Positions 20,570 through 31,058 are shown, numbered from the stretch's first letter. The stretch is 64,000 nt of DNA from an uncultured delta proteobacterium (GCA_963783905.1 CAWAPG010000005.1:120576-184575), one strand, 5' to 3'. Notes: generated by a model not told the origin, from the letters alone. Program-made: numbers and translations.

Positions 20570-22273
20570 ATGAAAAAAGTTGATAAGACAAAGGCCGAGA
20601 TCCTCCAGGAACTGGTAGAAACAAAAAAAAGGGTACAGGAACTGGATAACTGCCGGGCTGAATATGAAAAAGCCCGGGATAAATATGAAAACCTTCTTGA
20701 TTCCACTCCGGATGCCATGCTTTTTGTCAGTCCGGAGAACAGGATTATCCTGGTAAATGCCCAGTTTGAGAAGGTCTTCGGTTACGGCCAGGATGAAATC
20801 GTCGGCCGGAAACTTGATGTTCTTATCCCGCCCCGATTCAGAAGAGATCACCACCGCAGGGTCGAGGGCTTTTTCAAGAATCCCAGGGTGCGCTCCATGG
20901 GATCGAACCTCGAGATATACGGCCTGAGGAAAAACGGGGAAGAGTTTCCTGCCGATATAAGCCTGAGTCCCCTGCAGACGGACGAAGAGCTTCTTGTAAC
21001 AGCAGCGATTAGGGATATTTCCCAGCGCAAGGAGGTCGAGGCGCAGATTGAAATGAACTATTATATTCAAAAGGTGATAAATTCCATGCTGAAGATTTCT
21101 CTGGAACCGCTGTCACTCGAAGAACAGTTTGACCGCGTCCTTGACCTGATCCTCAAGGTCCCGAATCTTTCCCTGCAGTCAAAAGGCGCCATTTTTTTAA
21201 AGAAACCCGATTCCGATGTTCTCAAATTAAAGGCACAGCATGGGTTTACCGACCAGGATTCGGTGCCGTGCAACGAGGTGACATTTGGGAAGTGCCTGTG
21301 CGGCAAGGCGGCATCAATGGCAAAACTTATTCATGCCGAAGACATGGATGGTATTCATGAGATCCATGATGCTGCAATATTTCCGCACGGCCATTACTGT
21401 GTGCCCATCGTTTCGGGTGACAAAATCTACGGTCTCCTTAATGTCTACATCAGGGAAGGGCATGAGCGCAGCAACCGGGAGGAAGATTTTCTGACCTCCG
21501 TGACCAGCACCCTGGCTACAATAATAGAGCGGGACCGGGCCGAACAGGAGAAAAAGGATCTGCAGCGCCAGCTGGCGCAGGCCGAAAAGCTGGCTGCACT
21601 CGGGCGGTTTACGGCAAACATAGCCCATGAAATCCGCAACCCCCTGACCTCGGTCGGTGGTTTTGCCCGACGACTGGACAAAACGATTCCAGCGGATACA
21701 AAAGAGAAGAATTATACGAAAATAATCGTTACCGAGGTGACCAGGCTTGAAAAAATTCTCAAGAATATCCTGAGTTTTTCCAAGGCGGAGACCCCCAATT
21801 TTACAAAAAACAACCTTACAAAGGTGATTGAACAGGTGTTGCTGATGAACGAGGACCTGTTTACGGAAAAATCAATTGGTGTACAAAAATCTCTGGCAAA
21901 TGTGCCAAGCTTTTCTTTTGACCGGGATATGCTCATTGAGGTCCTGGAGAACATCATTTTAAACGCGGTAGATTCCATGTCCGATGGCGGGACCCTTTCC
22001 GTAAGCACCGGAAAGGAGGATGGCCCCGAAGGGGCCAATGCTGTTATTAAAGTCCGGGACACAGGTGAAGGCATGTCCAAAGAGCAGCTGAAAATGATCT
22101 TCGAACCATTTTATACCACAAAGGTGGCGGAACAGGGGATCGGTCTCGGTCTGTCGATCACCAAGAAAATTATGGAATCCATGGACGGCAGGGTGGAAAT
22201 CGAGAGCCGGGTGGGCAAGGGGTCAACCGTTATAATGACCCTGCCGTTAACTGAAAACCAGGACCACAGATAG
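20570..22273 (+). CDS. Cytoplasmic PAS-GAF sensor histidine kinase
   Basis: PAS, GAF (GKCLCG), AHEIRNPL H-box, DTGEG and GIGLGL boxes. Confidence 0.9.
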   Translation: MKKVDKTKAEILQELVETKKRVQELDNCRAEYEKARDKYENLLDSTPDAMLFVSPENRIILVNAQFEKVFGYGQDEIVGRKLDVLIPPRFRRDHHRRVEGFFKNPRVRSMGSNLEIYGLRKNGEEFPADISLSPLQTDEELLVTAAIRDISQRKEVEAQIEMNYYIQKVINSMLKISLEPLSLEEQFDRVLDLILKVPNLSLQSKGAIFLKKPDSDVLKLKAQHGFTDQDSVPCNEVTFGKCLCGKAASMAKLIHAEDMDGIHEIHDAAIFPHGHYCVPIVSGDKIYGLLNVYIREGHERSNREEDFLTSVTSTLATIIERDRAEQEKKDLQRQLAQAEKLAALGRFTANIAHEIRNPLTSVGGFARRLDKTIPADTKEKNYTKIIVTEVTRLEKILKNILSFSKAETPNFTKNNLTKVIEQVLLMNEDLFTEKSIGVQKSLANVPSFSFDRDMLIEVLENIILNAVDSMSDGGTLSVSTGKEDGPEGANAVIKVRDTGEGMSKEQLKMIFEPFYTTKVAEQGIGLGLSITKKIMESMDGRVEIESRVGKGSTVIMTLPLTENQDHR

Positions 22274-22446
22274 GCTTGCCGGGTGGCGGAAAAAGCCACA
22301 ATTTAGTAAATAATACATTAAGGGATAGAACAGGCACTGCCCCTGTCCGGGGAATGACATTTGTTTTGAACTGTAAACATGCCGGAGCGGTTCGGCTGCC
22401 GTGTGACTCCTATCCTTAAATAAAAAATCAGTGCCAGGTGTAATAA

Positions 22447-23097
22447 ATGTTTGGCTTATTCCGTAAGAAAAAAGAGATGTCGGTCGAACCTGAAGACAAG
22501 GTGGTGTCTCCAGAGGAAAGGCGCATCTACGTCCTTGATTTTGACCGCACCATCACCATCCTGCATACCGGCGCCATTGCCTACGGGAAAGAGCGCACCC
22601 CCGAATTTATCGAAAGGAATGTCAAAAAGGGATTTGCCGAGTTTGTCCGGCGGGTGGTCAATAAAGGGCACGGCGTCTATATCGCCTCCTACAGCGATGA
22701 TGCCAATGTCGACCTGGTGGAAGAAGATGCGGTCTCCGGCCATGACCTTATCAAATTATACATGGACCAGATATTCGGGCCGGAGCAGACCATATTCATC
22801 GTGCCCCGCAAAAACGAGGCCGGGGAAATTGTTGCCGTCGGCAATATCATTGCCAGCAACAGCCAGGATTACAAGCAGTACCATCTTGACTGCATCCTGC
22901 AGCAGGAAGGCATGGATCCGGGAAATCCCGATGATATGAAACGAATTTATATCCTGGAGGACGATGAAGATGTTGTCCGTTCCTTCATGGAAAAGGGATG
23001 CACGGTCATTGTCCCCTTTTCCGCCTCCAGATCCGCCGACACTGCGGCTACTAAAACACTGTTCACTTCGTATATGCCGGAATCGTTCATGGCATGA
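22447..23097 (+). CDS. Hypothetical protein, HAD-like fold
   Basis: VLDFDRT (DxD) motif I and ILEDD motif IV. Confidence 0.55.
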   Translation: MFGLFRKKKEMSVEPEDKVVSPEERRIYVLDFDRTITILHTGAIAYGKERTPEFIERNVKKGFAEFVRRVVNKGHGVYIASYSDDANVDLVEEDAVSGHDLIKLYMDQIFGPEQTIFIVPRKNEAGEIVAVGNIIASNSQDYKQYHLDCILQQEGMDPGNPDDMKRIYILEDDEDVVRSFMEKGCTVIVPFSASRSADTAATKTLFTSYMPESFMA

Positions 23098-23123
23098 TCC
23101 GCGCCTGAACCGTTTTCATTCTA

Positions 23124-23963
23124 TTGCCCATGGCTGTGATGCAAGATCCCCGGAAGGATGCTACCCTGTCTACTCTTTTGCAGGAAATTGATGTTGTTGC
23201 ATTGCAGCCAGGCTGTGGCAGCGATTTTGAAGCAATGAAATCAGCCGCCGTGGAAAGCATCAGCGAGGTGCTGCGGGATTTCTTGGCAGTGCAGGAAGTT
23301 TCCCAGGATCAGATCACCGTAATTGACGGTTTTGCCTTTCTCTTCAACGATCCGGAATTTTCTCGCTGGCACAGGTTAAACTGGTGGGAACAGCGCAAAC
23401 ATATCCTGTCGATCAAGGATCATCCCTCCTATATCGAGCGGGCGCAGGCCCTGCTTGCCAAATCCTGCCTGGCGCCCTATATCGGCTATTCCGATGATAT
23501 GGTGGCCAAGAGTACCGATCGGGAAGTCAAATGCGCCTGGATGCGCAAACGGCTTGTGTTGCAGGAGTGCTTCTGGAATGTCCTGGACAGTATTTCCCAT
23601 GCGGCATACTTTCAGAAAAAGTACCGGGATATGTTTCCGGCTCTCTGCGTTCTGCTCTGTAATGTTCCTGACAGGGACGGCCGGGTATGGGAACTGGTTC
23701 TCGGTATCGACAACGGCGCCGGTTTCATTTACAAGAAAAGGAGCAGGGAGTCCGGCCTGTTTCGTTTTATCTACAAAATCTATAAGTTCTTTTTTAAAAA
23801 AGGGGTGTTTCACATCGGCGGCTTGAAGCTGGGACTGCTGGAAACGGAGAGTGAACTTTCCTGCCACGGTTCCGGAGCTGTTGTCTACCAGGGCTGTGAC
23901 TGGGATTCGCCCGGGAATTGCCCCGATCCCGTCTCCGGTTCCGCCTCGCCCCTGGCGGGATAA
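23124..23963 (+). CDS. Hypothetical protein
   Basis: 279-codon ORF co-oriented with neighbours; no recognised motif; start uncertain. Confidence 0.5.
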   Translation: MPMAVMQDPRKDATLSTLLQEIDVVALQPGCGSDFEAMKSAAVESISEVLRDFLAVQEVSQDQITVIDGFAFLFNDPEFSRWHRLNWWEQRKHILSIKDHPSYIERAQALLAKSCLAPYIGYSDDMVAKSTDREVKCAWMRKRLVLQECFWNVLDSISHAAYFQKKYRDMFPALCVLLCNVPDRDGRVWELVLGIDNGAGFIYKKRSRESGLFRFIYKIYKFFFKKGVFHIGGLKLGLLETESELSCHGSGAVVYQGCDWDSPGNCPDPVSGSASPLAG

Positions 23964-24124
23964 ATTTGCCAGATGCAAAATTAAGCCGGCACTGTTTTAT
24001 ACCGGCGGAATTGCATCAGCCCAGTGCTGCTGAAGAAGCCGAATCCACAATTCTGCGACTAGATTTTCTCCTACCTCCCGGTTCCTTCCGGTTTATCCAT
24101 AAATCCAAATCTGCACCTGGGCAC

Positions 24125-24173
24125 GTTACCGAGCGGTAACATCAAGCCTGACACTATGTTACCGCTCGGTAAC
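24125..24173. promoter_or_regulatory. Paired GTTACC-N4-GGTAAC palindromes (candidate enhancer sites)
   Basis: GTTACCGAGCGGTAAC (24125-24140) and GTTACCGCTCGGTAAC (24158-24173), 33 bp apart, exact reverse complements. Confidence 0.75.
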
Positions 24174-24224
24174 AAAATATCAAATAAACTTTATAATTAT
24201 ATAATTTCATTAGGAATATTTTTC

Positions 24225-24240
24225 TGGAACAGATTTTGCT
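24225..24240 (+). promoter_or_regulatory. Sigma-54 -24/-12 promoter
   Basis: TGGAACAGATTTTGCT with correct GG/GC spacing, preceded by an AT-rich tract. Confidence 0.75.
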
Positions 24241-24296
24241 AAATAAAAGGCAGAGTACAGTTGGATAACGCATCATTTTACATAATGGAGGGCAAC

Positions 24297-24854
24297 GTGC
24301 AGCAGCAAGGATATAAATCAAAATACAACACCCATGTCATCAGGATTGTTGTCATATTGGTGGTAGCCGCGATTGTCGGCATCGTGGTGCGGTCCCTGAT
24401 GGTGCCTGCTTCTTTCGGTAAATACGGGCACTACCGGGCGGATGCGATTCAGGATGAAATGAACCGGGAGATCCGCAACGGCACCAATGCTTCCTGCCTG
24501 GCCTGTCATCCCTACATCAGGGAGATGCATGTTGCAGGGGTCCACAAAACGGTATCCTGCGAATTCTGCCATGGCCCGGTAGCCGATCATATCCGGGACA
24601 ATAGGGTAATCGCCAAACTTCCCAAGAAGCAGGGCGGCGAGATCAGGGCGCTCTGCCTGCGCTGCCACAACCAGATTATCAGGGCCAGGCCTAAGGAAGC
24701 GATCAGGATGGTTTCCCTCCCGGAGCATCTGCAGAAGAAACATGTGCAGCTGGATCATAACTGCAACCAGTGCCACAACGTTCATGCCCCGCTCATGTGG
24801 GTCAAGCAGGCCAAGGCAATGGTGGGAATTGTTGAGGAGGAGGATAAGCAATGA
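24297..24854 (+). CDS. Membrane-anchored tetraheme cytochrome c (CbcS-like)
   Basis: N-terminal TM; CLACH, CEFCH, CLRCH, CNQCH; GTG after GGAGG. Confidence 0.85.
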   Translation: MQQQGYKSKYNTHVIRIVVILVVAAIVGIVVRSLMVPASFGKYGHYRADAIQDEMNREIRNGTNASCLACHPYIREMHVAGVHKTVSCEFCHGPVADHIRDNRVIAKLPKKQGGEIRALCLRCHNQIIRARPKEAIRMVSLPEHLQKKHVQLDHNCNQCHNVHAPLMWVKQAKAMVGIVEEEDKQ

Positions 24855-25651
24855 AAAAGATTCAGGCTGAAATCAATCGGGACAGGCGGACATTTATAAA
24901 GAAGGTCCTGGGCGGATCCATCGCCGGCTCCCTGCTGCTGGTAATTCCGGCGGGTGCCATGGAGATTCCGGAACAGATCGCCGGTATGCGCGATGAGACC
25001 GGTCCGTTTATCACCGGCAAGAAGTTTGCCTTTATCGTGGATATTACCCGCTGCATCGGCTGCGGATCCTGCTGCGTTGCGGACAAGAATGAATACCAGG
25101 TCCCGGACGGTAATTACCGGACCTGGGTCGAGCGCTATGTCATAGATATTGACGATAACGTTTACGTGGATTCTCCGGACGGTGGGCTGCAGGGGTACGT
25201 CATGCCGCGCCAGGATGTGGATGAAGACAGGGTGCGCGATACCTTTTTTGTGCCCAAGCTCTGCAATATGTGCGAGAAACCGTCCTGCGTCCAGGTCTGT
25301 CCGGTTGGGGCCACATACCAGACCGAAGACGGATTTGTTCTCATCGACCAGAAACGGTGCGTCGGCTGTTCCTACTGTGTGCAGGCCTGCCCCTATTCGG
25401 TCCGCTTCATCAATCCCGTTACCCATACCGCTGACAAGTGCACCTGGTGCTACCACCGGGTCCGCAAGGGACTGCTGCCGGCCTGCGTAAACGTATGCCC
25501 CACCCGGGCCAGGAAGTTCGGGGATCTGCATGACAGGGAATCGGAGGTATATAAAATATTACATCAGCCGCATGTGATTTCCGTCCTCAAACCGGGCATG
25601 GGAAATAAACCATCGCTTCATTATGTCGGCTTGCGAAGGGAGGTGGTCTAA
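24851..25651 (+). CDS. Tat-exported 4Fe-4S protein (NrfC/CbcT-like)
   Basis: RRTFIK Tat motif; CIGCGSC, CNMCEKPSCVQVCP, CVGCSYCVQACP, KCTWC...CVNVCP. Confidence 0.9.
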   Translation: MKKIQAEINRDRRTFIKKVLGGSIAGSLLLVIPAGAMEIPEQIAGMRDETGPFITGKKFAFIVDITRCIGCGSCCVADKNEYQVPDGNYRTWVERYVIDIDDNVYVDSPDGGLQGYVMPRQDVDEDRVRDTFFVPKLCNMCEKPSCVQVCPVGATYQTEDGFVLIDQKRCVGCSYCVQACPYSVRFINPVTHTADKCTWCYHRVRKGLLPACVNVCPTRARKFGDLHDRESEVYKILHQPHVISVLKPGMGNKPSLHYVGLRREVV

Positions 25652-26850
25652 TGCACGGACTGGCAGAAACGGCAACCGCAGCCGCAGGATACGCTTTCCC
25701 CAATGATCTCCATATCCATTGGAGCCTGATGATCGTCCTGTATCCTTATATTACCGGAATCGTTGCCGGGGCATTTATCGTGTCCTCGTTCTATCATGTT
25801 TTTCACATCAAGGCATTAAAACCGGTGGCCAGGTTTTCCCTGATTTTCGCCTTTGCGTTCGTGGCCTGCGCCACCCTGCCGCTGCTGAATCACCTCGGTC
25901 ATCCGGAGCGGGCTTTCAACATGATGTTCACTCCGAATCCTTCTTCCGCCATGGCCGGATTCGGCTATATCTACATGGCCTATACAGTACTTCTGACCCT
26001 GGAGATCCTGTTCATCTACCGGCCGACGCTGGTGGCCCTGAAAAACAGGTCAAGCGGTTTCAGGCAAAAGCTCTATAATGTCCTGACCATCGGCAGCGAC
26101 AACCTGTCCGAAAGGGCATTAGCCCTTGATGGCAGGATAATCGCCTTCTTAGCCGGTGTAGGGATTCCCATGGCCTGCATCCTGCACGGTTATGTCGGGT
26201 TTATCTTCGGCGGCGTCAAGGCCAATCCCCTCTGGGCCACACCCCTGATGCCGGTCATTTTTCTCCTGTCAGCCTGTGTTTCAGGCATTGCCGGCATCAT
26301 AGTCGCCTACATGGCAATCATGAAGATGAAAGGGCGGCCCATTGACATGAACTGCGTCCGCACCTGCATCATGTATCTGTGGGGTTTTTTCATCCTTGAC
26401 TTCGTGTTTGAGATGCTGGAACTCTTCTCCCATGCCTACATGGCGACCCATCACTGGGAAACGCTGCATGAACTCCTGTGGGGACCGCTGTACGGGAGTT
26501 TCTGGATCCTGCAGGTGGGCATTTTTTCCGTGATCCCGTTTCTTCTCTTATCCTGGATGAATCTTTTTCGGCTCAACAATGGTCTCGTTCGGGTCCTGGC
26601 GCCCGTGGTGTCGGTCATGATCCTTTTCCAGGTGCTGTTAATGCGCTGGAACGTGGTCATCGGCGGTCAGCTCATGTCCAAGAGCGAACGCGGCGCCGTG
26701 TTCTTTCACCCGCAATGGCTGGAAAAAGAGGGAATTCTTCCGGCTCTCATTATAATGGTATTGCCCCTGGTAATTCTCTACCTGCTGAGCAAGATCTTTC
26801 CATTCTGGCAGGAGGATGACCCGGCAGTCCTTATACAGACGATGGATTAA
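25651..26850 (+). CDS. NrfD/PsrC-family membrane subunit (CbcU-like)
   Basis: W...IVLYPY, HLGHPER, PNPSSAM, RWNVVIGGQ; many TM helices. Confidence 0.9.
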   Translation: MHGLAETATAAAGYAFPNDLHIHWSLMIVLYPYITGIVAGAFIVSSFYHVFHIKALKPVARFSLIFAFAFVACATLPLLNHLGHPERAFNMMFTPNPSSAMAGFGYIYMAYTVLLTLEILFIYRPTLVALKNRSSGFRQKLYNVLTIGSDNLSERALALDGRIIAFLAGVGIPMACILHGYVGFIFGGVKANPLWATPLMPVIFLLSACVSGIAGIIVAYMAIMKMKGRPIDMNCVRTCIMYLWGFFILDFVFEMLELFSHAYMATHHWETLHELLWGPLYGSFWILQVGIFSVIPFLLLSWMNLFRLNNGLVRVLAPVVSVMILFQVLLMRWNVVIGGQLMSKSERGAVFFHPQWLEKEGILPALIIMVLPLVILYLLSKIFPFWQEDDPAVLIQTMD

Positions 26851-27043
26851 GCACAAAGAAAGTGCTGGATTGTAAACAGAATAATTCAACGAAAGGAGGA
26901 GTCAAAAAAACGAGGGAGGTGAAGCTGCGAGAACACTGGAAACCTGCATCTGGAGCAAATACCTGGTCACAAGCGGAAGCAGGATGTAGCGAAAAAATGG
27001 CTTCCGCAGAGAGGCCGATGACCTTAATTGAGGAGGGAAGTAT

Positions 27044-28630
27044 ATGAGACATTTGAAGAAAATTTTACTGATGGCGGTCCTTGGCGTCTTTGCTGCCGGC
27101 ACGGTCTACGGAACGACGGAAAAGTCAAAGAACACCCAGGACCCTGAGATCAAAAGCCTTAACGTGAAGTGCATCAACTGCCACCTCAAGGAGAACAACT
27201 CCATGGTCCAGCAGTGGCAGTACTCGCCGCATGCGGCGGCCAAGGAAGGCCAGGTGGCCTGCATGAACTGCCATGCCGCCAACAAGGGCGACGAACTTGG
27301 CTACGAGCACGAAGGCGCCTTTATTAAAACGATCCAGACACCGAACGACTGCGCCTACTGTCATGAACGGGAGGTAAAGGAAATGGTCAACTCCCATCAT
27401 GCCACCGCCGGCCAGATCATGGCTTCGCTGGACAACGTCGTGGGTGAGGTGATCTGTTCCATGGAGGACAAGGCCGATGCGGTCAACGGCTGCTGGCAGT
27501 GTCACGGTTCGGTGGTCAAGATCATGAAGGACAAGGACGGCAAACCCATGATGAACGAGGCCAAGGCCGTCATGCTGGATCCCATGACCTGGCCCAATAC
27601 CGGCATCGGTCGCATCAACCCCGACGGCTCCACCGGATCATGCATGGCCTGCCATTCCAAGCATTCCTTCCGGGCCAGCGTTGCCCGCCAGCCCGACAAC
27701 TGCGGCAAGTGCCACCTGGGTCCGGATCATCCCCAGAAAGAGGTTTATGACGAATCAAAGCACGGCATCGCCTACTACGCCGTGGTGCGCGAAGGTGGCA
27801 TGAACGGCATGAACATTTTAAAGAACGGTACCTGGGTCCTGGGCAAAGATTACTATAATGCCCCGACCTGTTCCACCTGCCACATGGGAGCGTATGTGAA
27901 GCTCGACGGTTCTGTCTCGCCGAATTCGCATAATGTCGGTGACCGGATTTCCTGGACCCTGCGCCCTAAAGTTTCAGTCAAGCTGAACCGGGTCATCTTT
28001 GCCGACGGCACCGTCACCGATATGCCGGGTGACACCCCGCCGCAGCCGGGACAGAAGGCACCGTACCAGACCTATTCCATTGAAGACGGGAAGTGGAAAA
28101 AAATCAAGACCGAGAAGCAGGTTCAAAAGGTTTTGACCTGGAAGGACCGCCGCTCCAAGATGCAGGAGGTGTGCAAGTCCTGCCACGGCAAACAGCAGGT
28201 GGAGAATTTCTACACCCAGTTTGACTCCCTGGTCGTCACCTACAACGAAAAGTTCGCCAAGCCGGCCGCCAAACTGTATGGTATGGCCATGCAGGACGGT
28301 TTGATCCACGGCTCAACCTTCCACACCGAGCTTGGCTGGATCTGGTGGGAGATATGGCATCATGAGGGCCGCAGGGCCCGCCACGGAGCAGCCATGAGCG
28401 GGCCGGACTACACCCACTGGCACGGCATGTACGAAGTGGCGAAACACTTCTACTTCGAGTTCATTCCGGAACTTATGCGTCTTGCTGAAGAAAAGGGTAT
28501 GACCGACAAGTACAAGGAAGAGGTAGGAGTTATTCTCGCCAGGCCTGAACACCAGTGGTACCAGCAGGGCTTTGATGCCGATGTTATGAAGGCCATCAAG
28601 GCGGAGCAGAAAGAGCGTTACAAGCAATAA
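27044..28630 (+). CDS. Octaheme HAO-family cytochrome c (reductive, epsilon-Hao-like)
   Basis: Signal peptide; eight CxxCH; HLGPDHPQ, WHHEGRR, GPDYTHWHG motifs. Confidence 0.88.
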   Translation: MRHLKKILLMAVLGVFAAGTVYGTTEKSKNTQDPEIKSLNVKCINCHLKENNSMVQQWQYSPHAAAKEGQVACMNCHAANKGDELGYEHEGAFIKTIQTPNDCAYCHEREVKEMVNSHHATAGQIMASLDNVVGEVICSMEDKADAVNGCWQCHGSVVKIMKDKDGKPMMNEAKAVMLDPMTWPNTGIGRINPDGSTGSCMACHSKHSFRASVARQPDNCGKCHLGPDHPQKEVYDESKHGIAYYAVVREGGMNGMNILKNGTWVLGKDYYNAPTCSTCHMGAYVKLDGSVSPNSHNVGDRISWTLRPKVSVKLNRVIFADGTVTDMPGDTPPQPGQKAPYQTYSIEDGKWKKIKTEKQVQKVLTWKDRRSKMQEVCKSCHGKQQVENFYTQFDSLVVTYNEKFAKPAAKLYGMAMQDGLIHGSTFHTELGWIWWEIWHHEGRRARHGAAMSGPDYTHWHGMYEVAKHFYFEFIPELMRLAEEKGMTDKYKEEVGVILARPEHQWYQQGFDADVMKAIKAEQKERYKQ

Positions 28631-28653
28631 CCTGCAAATAATTAATTGAGGAG

Positions 28654-28695
28654 AAGCGCCCCGGCCGCCAGAACCAAATCACCGCCGGGGCGCTT
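28654..28695 (+). terminator. Stem-loop after the octaheme gene
   Basis: 12-bp stem AAGCGCCCCGGC/GCCGGGGCGCTT with an 18-nt loop. Confidence 0.5.
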
Positions 28696-28715
28696 TACCC
28701 AGCACATACGGTAAA

Positions 28716-29336
28716 ATGCATATGATACTGAGACAGCGGACAAATATTTTTCAGGACAATGTTACTGCAATACTGCTGCTGCTGGTTGTCCTGCTGCAGG
28801 CAGGAACCACGGTAGCGGCAGCGTCCGATCTTGCAGCACGGGTGGCCGCCCTTGATCTTGGTATGAACGGCTATATTATCGGCGCCGGACTTTCCGGGGC
28901 TCAGAAGGAGGCCGCTGCGACCAATATAAGCCGGGATTCGTATGAAGGAACCTATAAGTTCCGGGATGGAGACCTGTTCATCATAGCCGCGGTCAATGAT
29001 GATACGATTCTTGCCATATACCAACGTAATGATGAGGCGGAGATGGAGCAGGCCAGATTCATGGTTTCCGGCCTCATGGGGCTTTACGGTGAACCCACGA
29101 CCATGGCCCACGAAAAGCTGATCTACTGGGCCTATACCGATACCGGCAAGATCGCTGAAGAGACCTATAGAAAACTTATGGAAAGCGATACACCCCTCAA
29201 TATTCTGGCGACGGTCAAATTCAACAGTTCTTTTGAAATAACGGCTGAAAACCCTGACGGGGATATAACCGGATCCATCTATTTTATTATTACCTCAGAC
29301 CCCCTGGTCCGGGAATTTATCAGCCGGGACAAATAA
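28716..29336 (+). CDS. Hypothetical exported protein
   Basis: Hydrophobic signal ending in AAA; lies inside the hao cluster. Confidence 0.65.
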   Translation: MHMILRQRTNIFQDNVTAILLLLVVLLQAGTTVAAASDLAARVAALDLGMNGYIIGAGLSGAQKEAAATNISRDSYEGTYKFRDGDLFIIAAVNDDTILAIYQRNDEAEMEQARFMVSGLMGLYGEPTTMAHEKLIYWAYTDTGKIAEETYRKLMESDTPLNILATVKFNSSFEITAENPDGDITGSIYFIITSDPLVREFISRDK

Positions 29337-29350
29337 GGATAACAATCGCC

Positions 29351-29366
29351 GTTACCTAATGGTAAC
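29351..29366. promoter_or_regulatory. Third GTTACC-N4-GGTAAC site upstream of the two-component genes
   Basis: GTTACCTAATGGTAAC. Confidence 0.7.
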
Positions 29367-29447
29367 ATAAGTGTTGATCGGCGGAAAAGTAGAGGATATA
29401 ATGTTTTAATAATCCGCTTACGCTAACCCGTTCCAGGTAGATTTAAC

Positions 29448-31058
29448 GTGAATCTCACCGTCAAGTTTATAATCGCCATCAGTGCAATTATCCTCCTGTC
29501 TTATGGATTTCTCCTGTATCAGACTTCACATCTGCAGAACCAGCTGGTCATGGAACAGGCCCGCCAGCAGGCCCGTGTTCTCTATAAACAGATTCTTCTG
29601 ACCCGGGCGTGGGTTTCGGACCACCAGGGACTTTTCTTCGTCAAAACAGAAGGAGTAGATGAAAATCCCTACCTGCACGAGGCGGCGATCAGGGCGGATG
29701 ACGGTACGATGTTTGTCAAGCGCAATCCGGCCATGGTAACCCGGGAGCTTTCAGAATATGCAGCCAGATCAGGATTCTGCTGGTTCAGGATCACCAGTCT
29801 CAACCCGGTTAATCCGGAAAACAAACCGGATGAGTTTGAACGGCAGGCAATGGAGAAAATCCAGGGCGGGCTTGACGAGTATGAGGCCATAACCACGACC
29901 TCCGAGGGCAGGGTGCACAGGTATATCGCCCCGGTCATGGTCCAGGAGTCGTGTCTTGTCTGTCATGCCGAGCACGGTTATTCAATCGGCGATATCCGCG
30001 GCGCCCTGAGCATCAGTGTTCCCCTGGCCTGGGCAGACAAGGTTATCCAGAAGAACAACTTCACCATCATAAAGTATTCCGTGTTTTCCATTTTTGCCGT
30101 GGCCCTGGCCCTCATCTACCTGTTCAACAAGCTGGTTGCCCGGCGCATTGAGCGATTGTCGCACGCCATGGGAAATTATCCCGATCAGGCATATGCGGTT
30201 GCCGATGACAAACACCTGCTGGATGATGAGATCGGCGGGCTTATAAACGGTTTCAACGATCTCTGTGAACGGCTCGGCAAGGCGCAGCGGGATTTGGATA
30301 AGACCATGCAGCAGGCCTTTTACAGCGAAAAAATGGCCTCCCTCGGCCAGTTGACCGCCGGTATTGCCCATGAAATAAACAATCCGCTGGGAGGGCTGCT
30401 CAACTGCGTGAAAACCATGCAGGAGGAACCGGAGAACCTCGAGCTGCACAACCGGTATATACCCCTGCTGGAAAAGGGGCTCAAGCGGATAGAGCACATC
30501 ATGCGCCAGCTCCTTAATTTCGGGCGCAAGGCGCCGTTGACTTACAGTAATGTGGTCATCGACGAGGTCATTCGTGAATGTTTTGAACTGCTTGAGTACC
30601 GTCTGAAAAACATAGATCTGACCCTGGATCTGAATCTTTCCGAAAAGTACTGCATTGATGTCGAGGCGCTGCGGCAGATCGTAATCAATACCGTCCTGAA
30701 TGCCATCCAGGCAATGCCGGAGGGAGGCCGCCTGACCGTCAGCACCAAACGGACCTACAGCCGCATCGCCATAACTGTTGAAGATACCGGCACCGGTATC
30801 GCGCCCGAGATTAGGAAAAAGATCTTTGATCCTTTCTTCACCACCAAGGAAGTCGGCGAGGGAACCGGCCTCGGGCTGGCCGTCACCTATTCCCTGGTAC
30901 AGCAGATGGATGGTGTCATTGAGGTGGATAGTGAACTCGGTAAAGGCACGGTGTTTACCATAACGCTGCCGGCCTGTCGGGAATATGCAAAAAGTAAGAA
31001 TGAGCGGATTTCCATGCCGCATCAGGAGCACGAGGATGGCTCGAATACTGCTGGCTGA
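29448..31058 (+). CDS. Sensor histidine kinase with periplasmic heme-c (DUF3365-like) domain
   Basis: TM, NPVNPEN.PD.FE, CLVCH, second [20 protein letters not shown]. Confidence 0.9.
   Translation: MNLTVKFIIAISAIILLSYGFLLYQTSHLQNQLVMEQARQQARVLYKQILLTRAWVSDHQGLFFVKTEGVDENPYLHEAAIRADDGTMFVKRNPAMVTRELSEYAARSGFCWFRITSLNPVNPENKPDEFERQAMEKIQGGLDEYEAITTTSEGRVHRYIAPVMVQESCLVCHAEHGYSIGDIRGALSISVPLAWADKVIQKNNFTIIKYSVFSIFAVALALIYLFNKLVARRIERLSHAMGNYPDQAYAVADDKHLLDDEIGGLINGFNDLCERLGKAQRDLDKTMQQAFYSEKMASLGQLTAGIAHEINNPLGGLLNCVKTMQEEPENLELHNRYIPLLEKGLKRIEHIMRQLLNFGRKAPLTYSNVVIDEVIRECFELLEYRLKNIDLTLDLNLSEKYCIDVEALRQIVINTVLNAIQAMPEGGRLTVSTKRTYSRIAITVEDTGTGIAPEIRKKIFDPFFTTKEVGEGTGLGLAVTYSLVQQMDGVIEVDSELGKGTVFTITLPACREYAKSKNERISMPHQEHEDGSNTAG

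Noticed and set aside
24125-24173. CRISPR or transposon ends
   Set aside because: Only two short inverted copies; no spacers, cas genes or transposase
27044-28630. Evidence for ammonia oxidation or anammox
   Set aside because: Motifs fit the reductive clade; no amo, cycA/B or hzs genes; partners are quinol-oxidising
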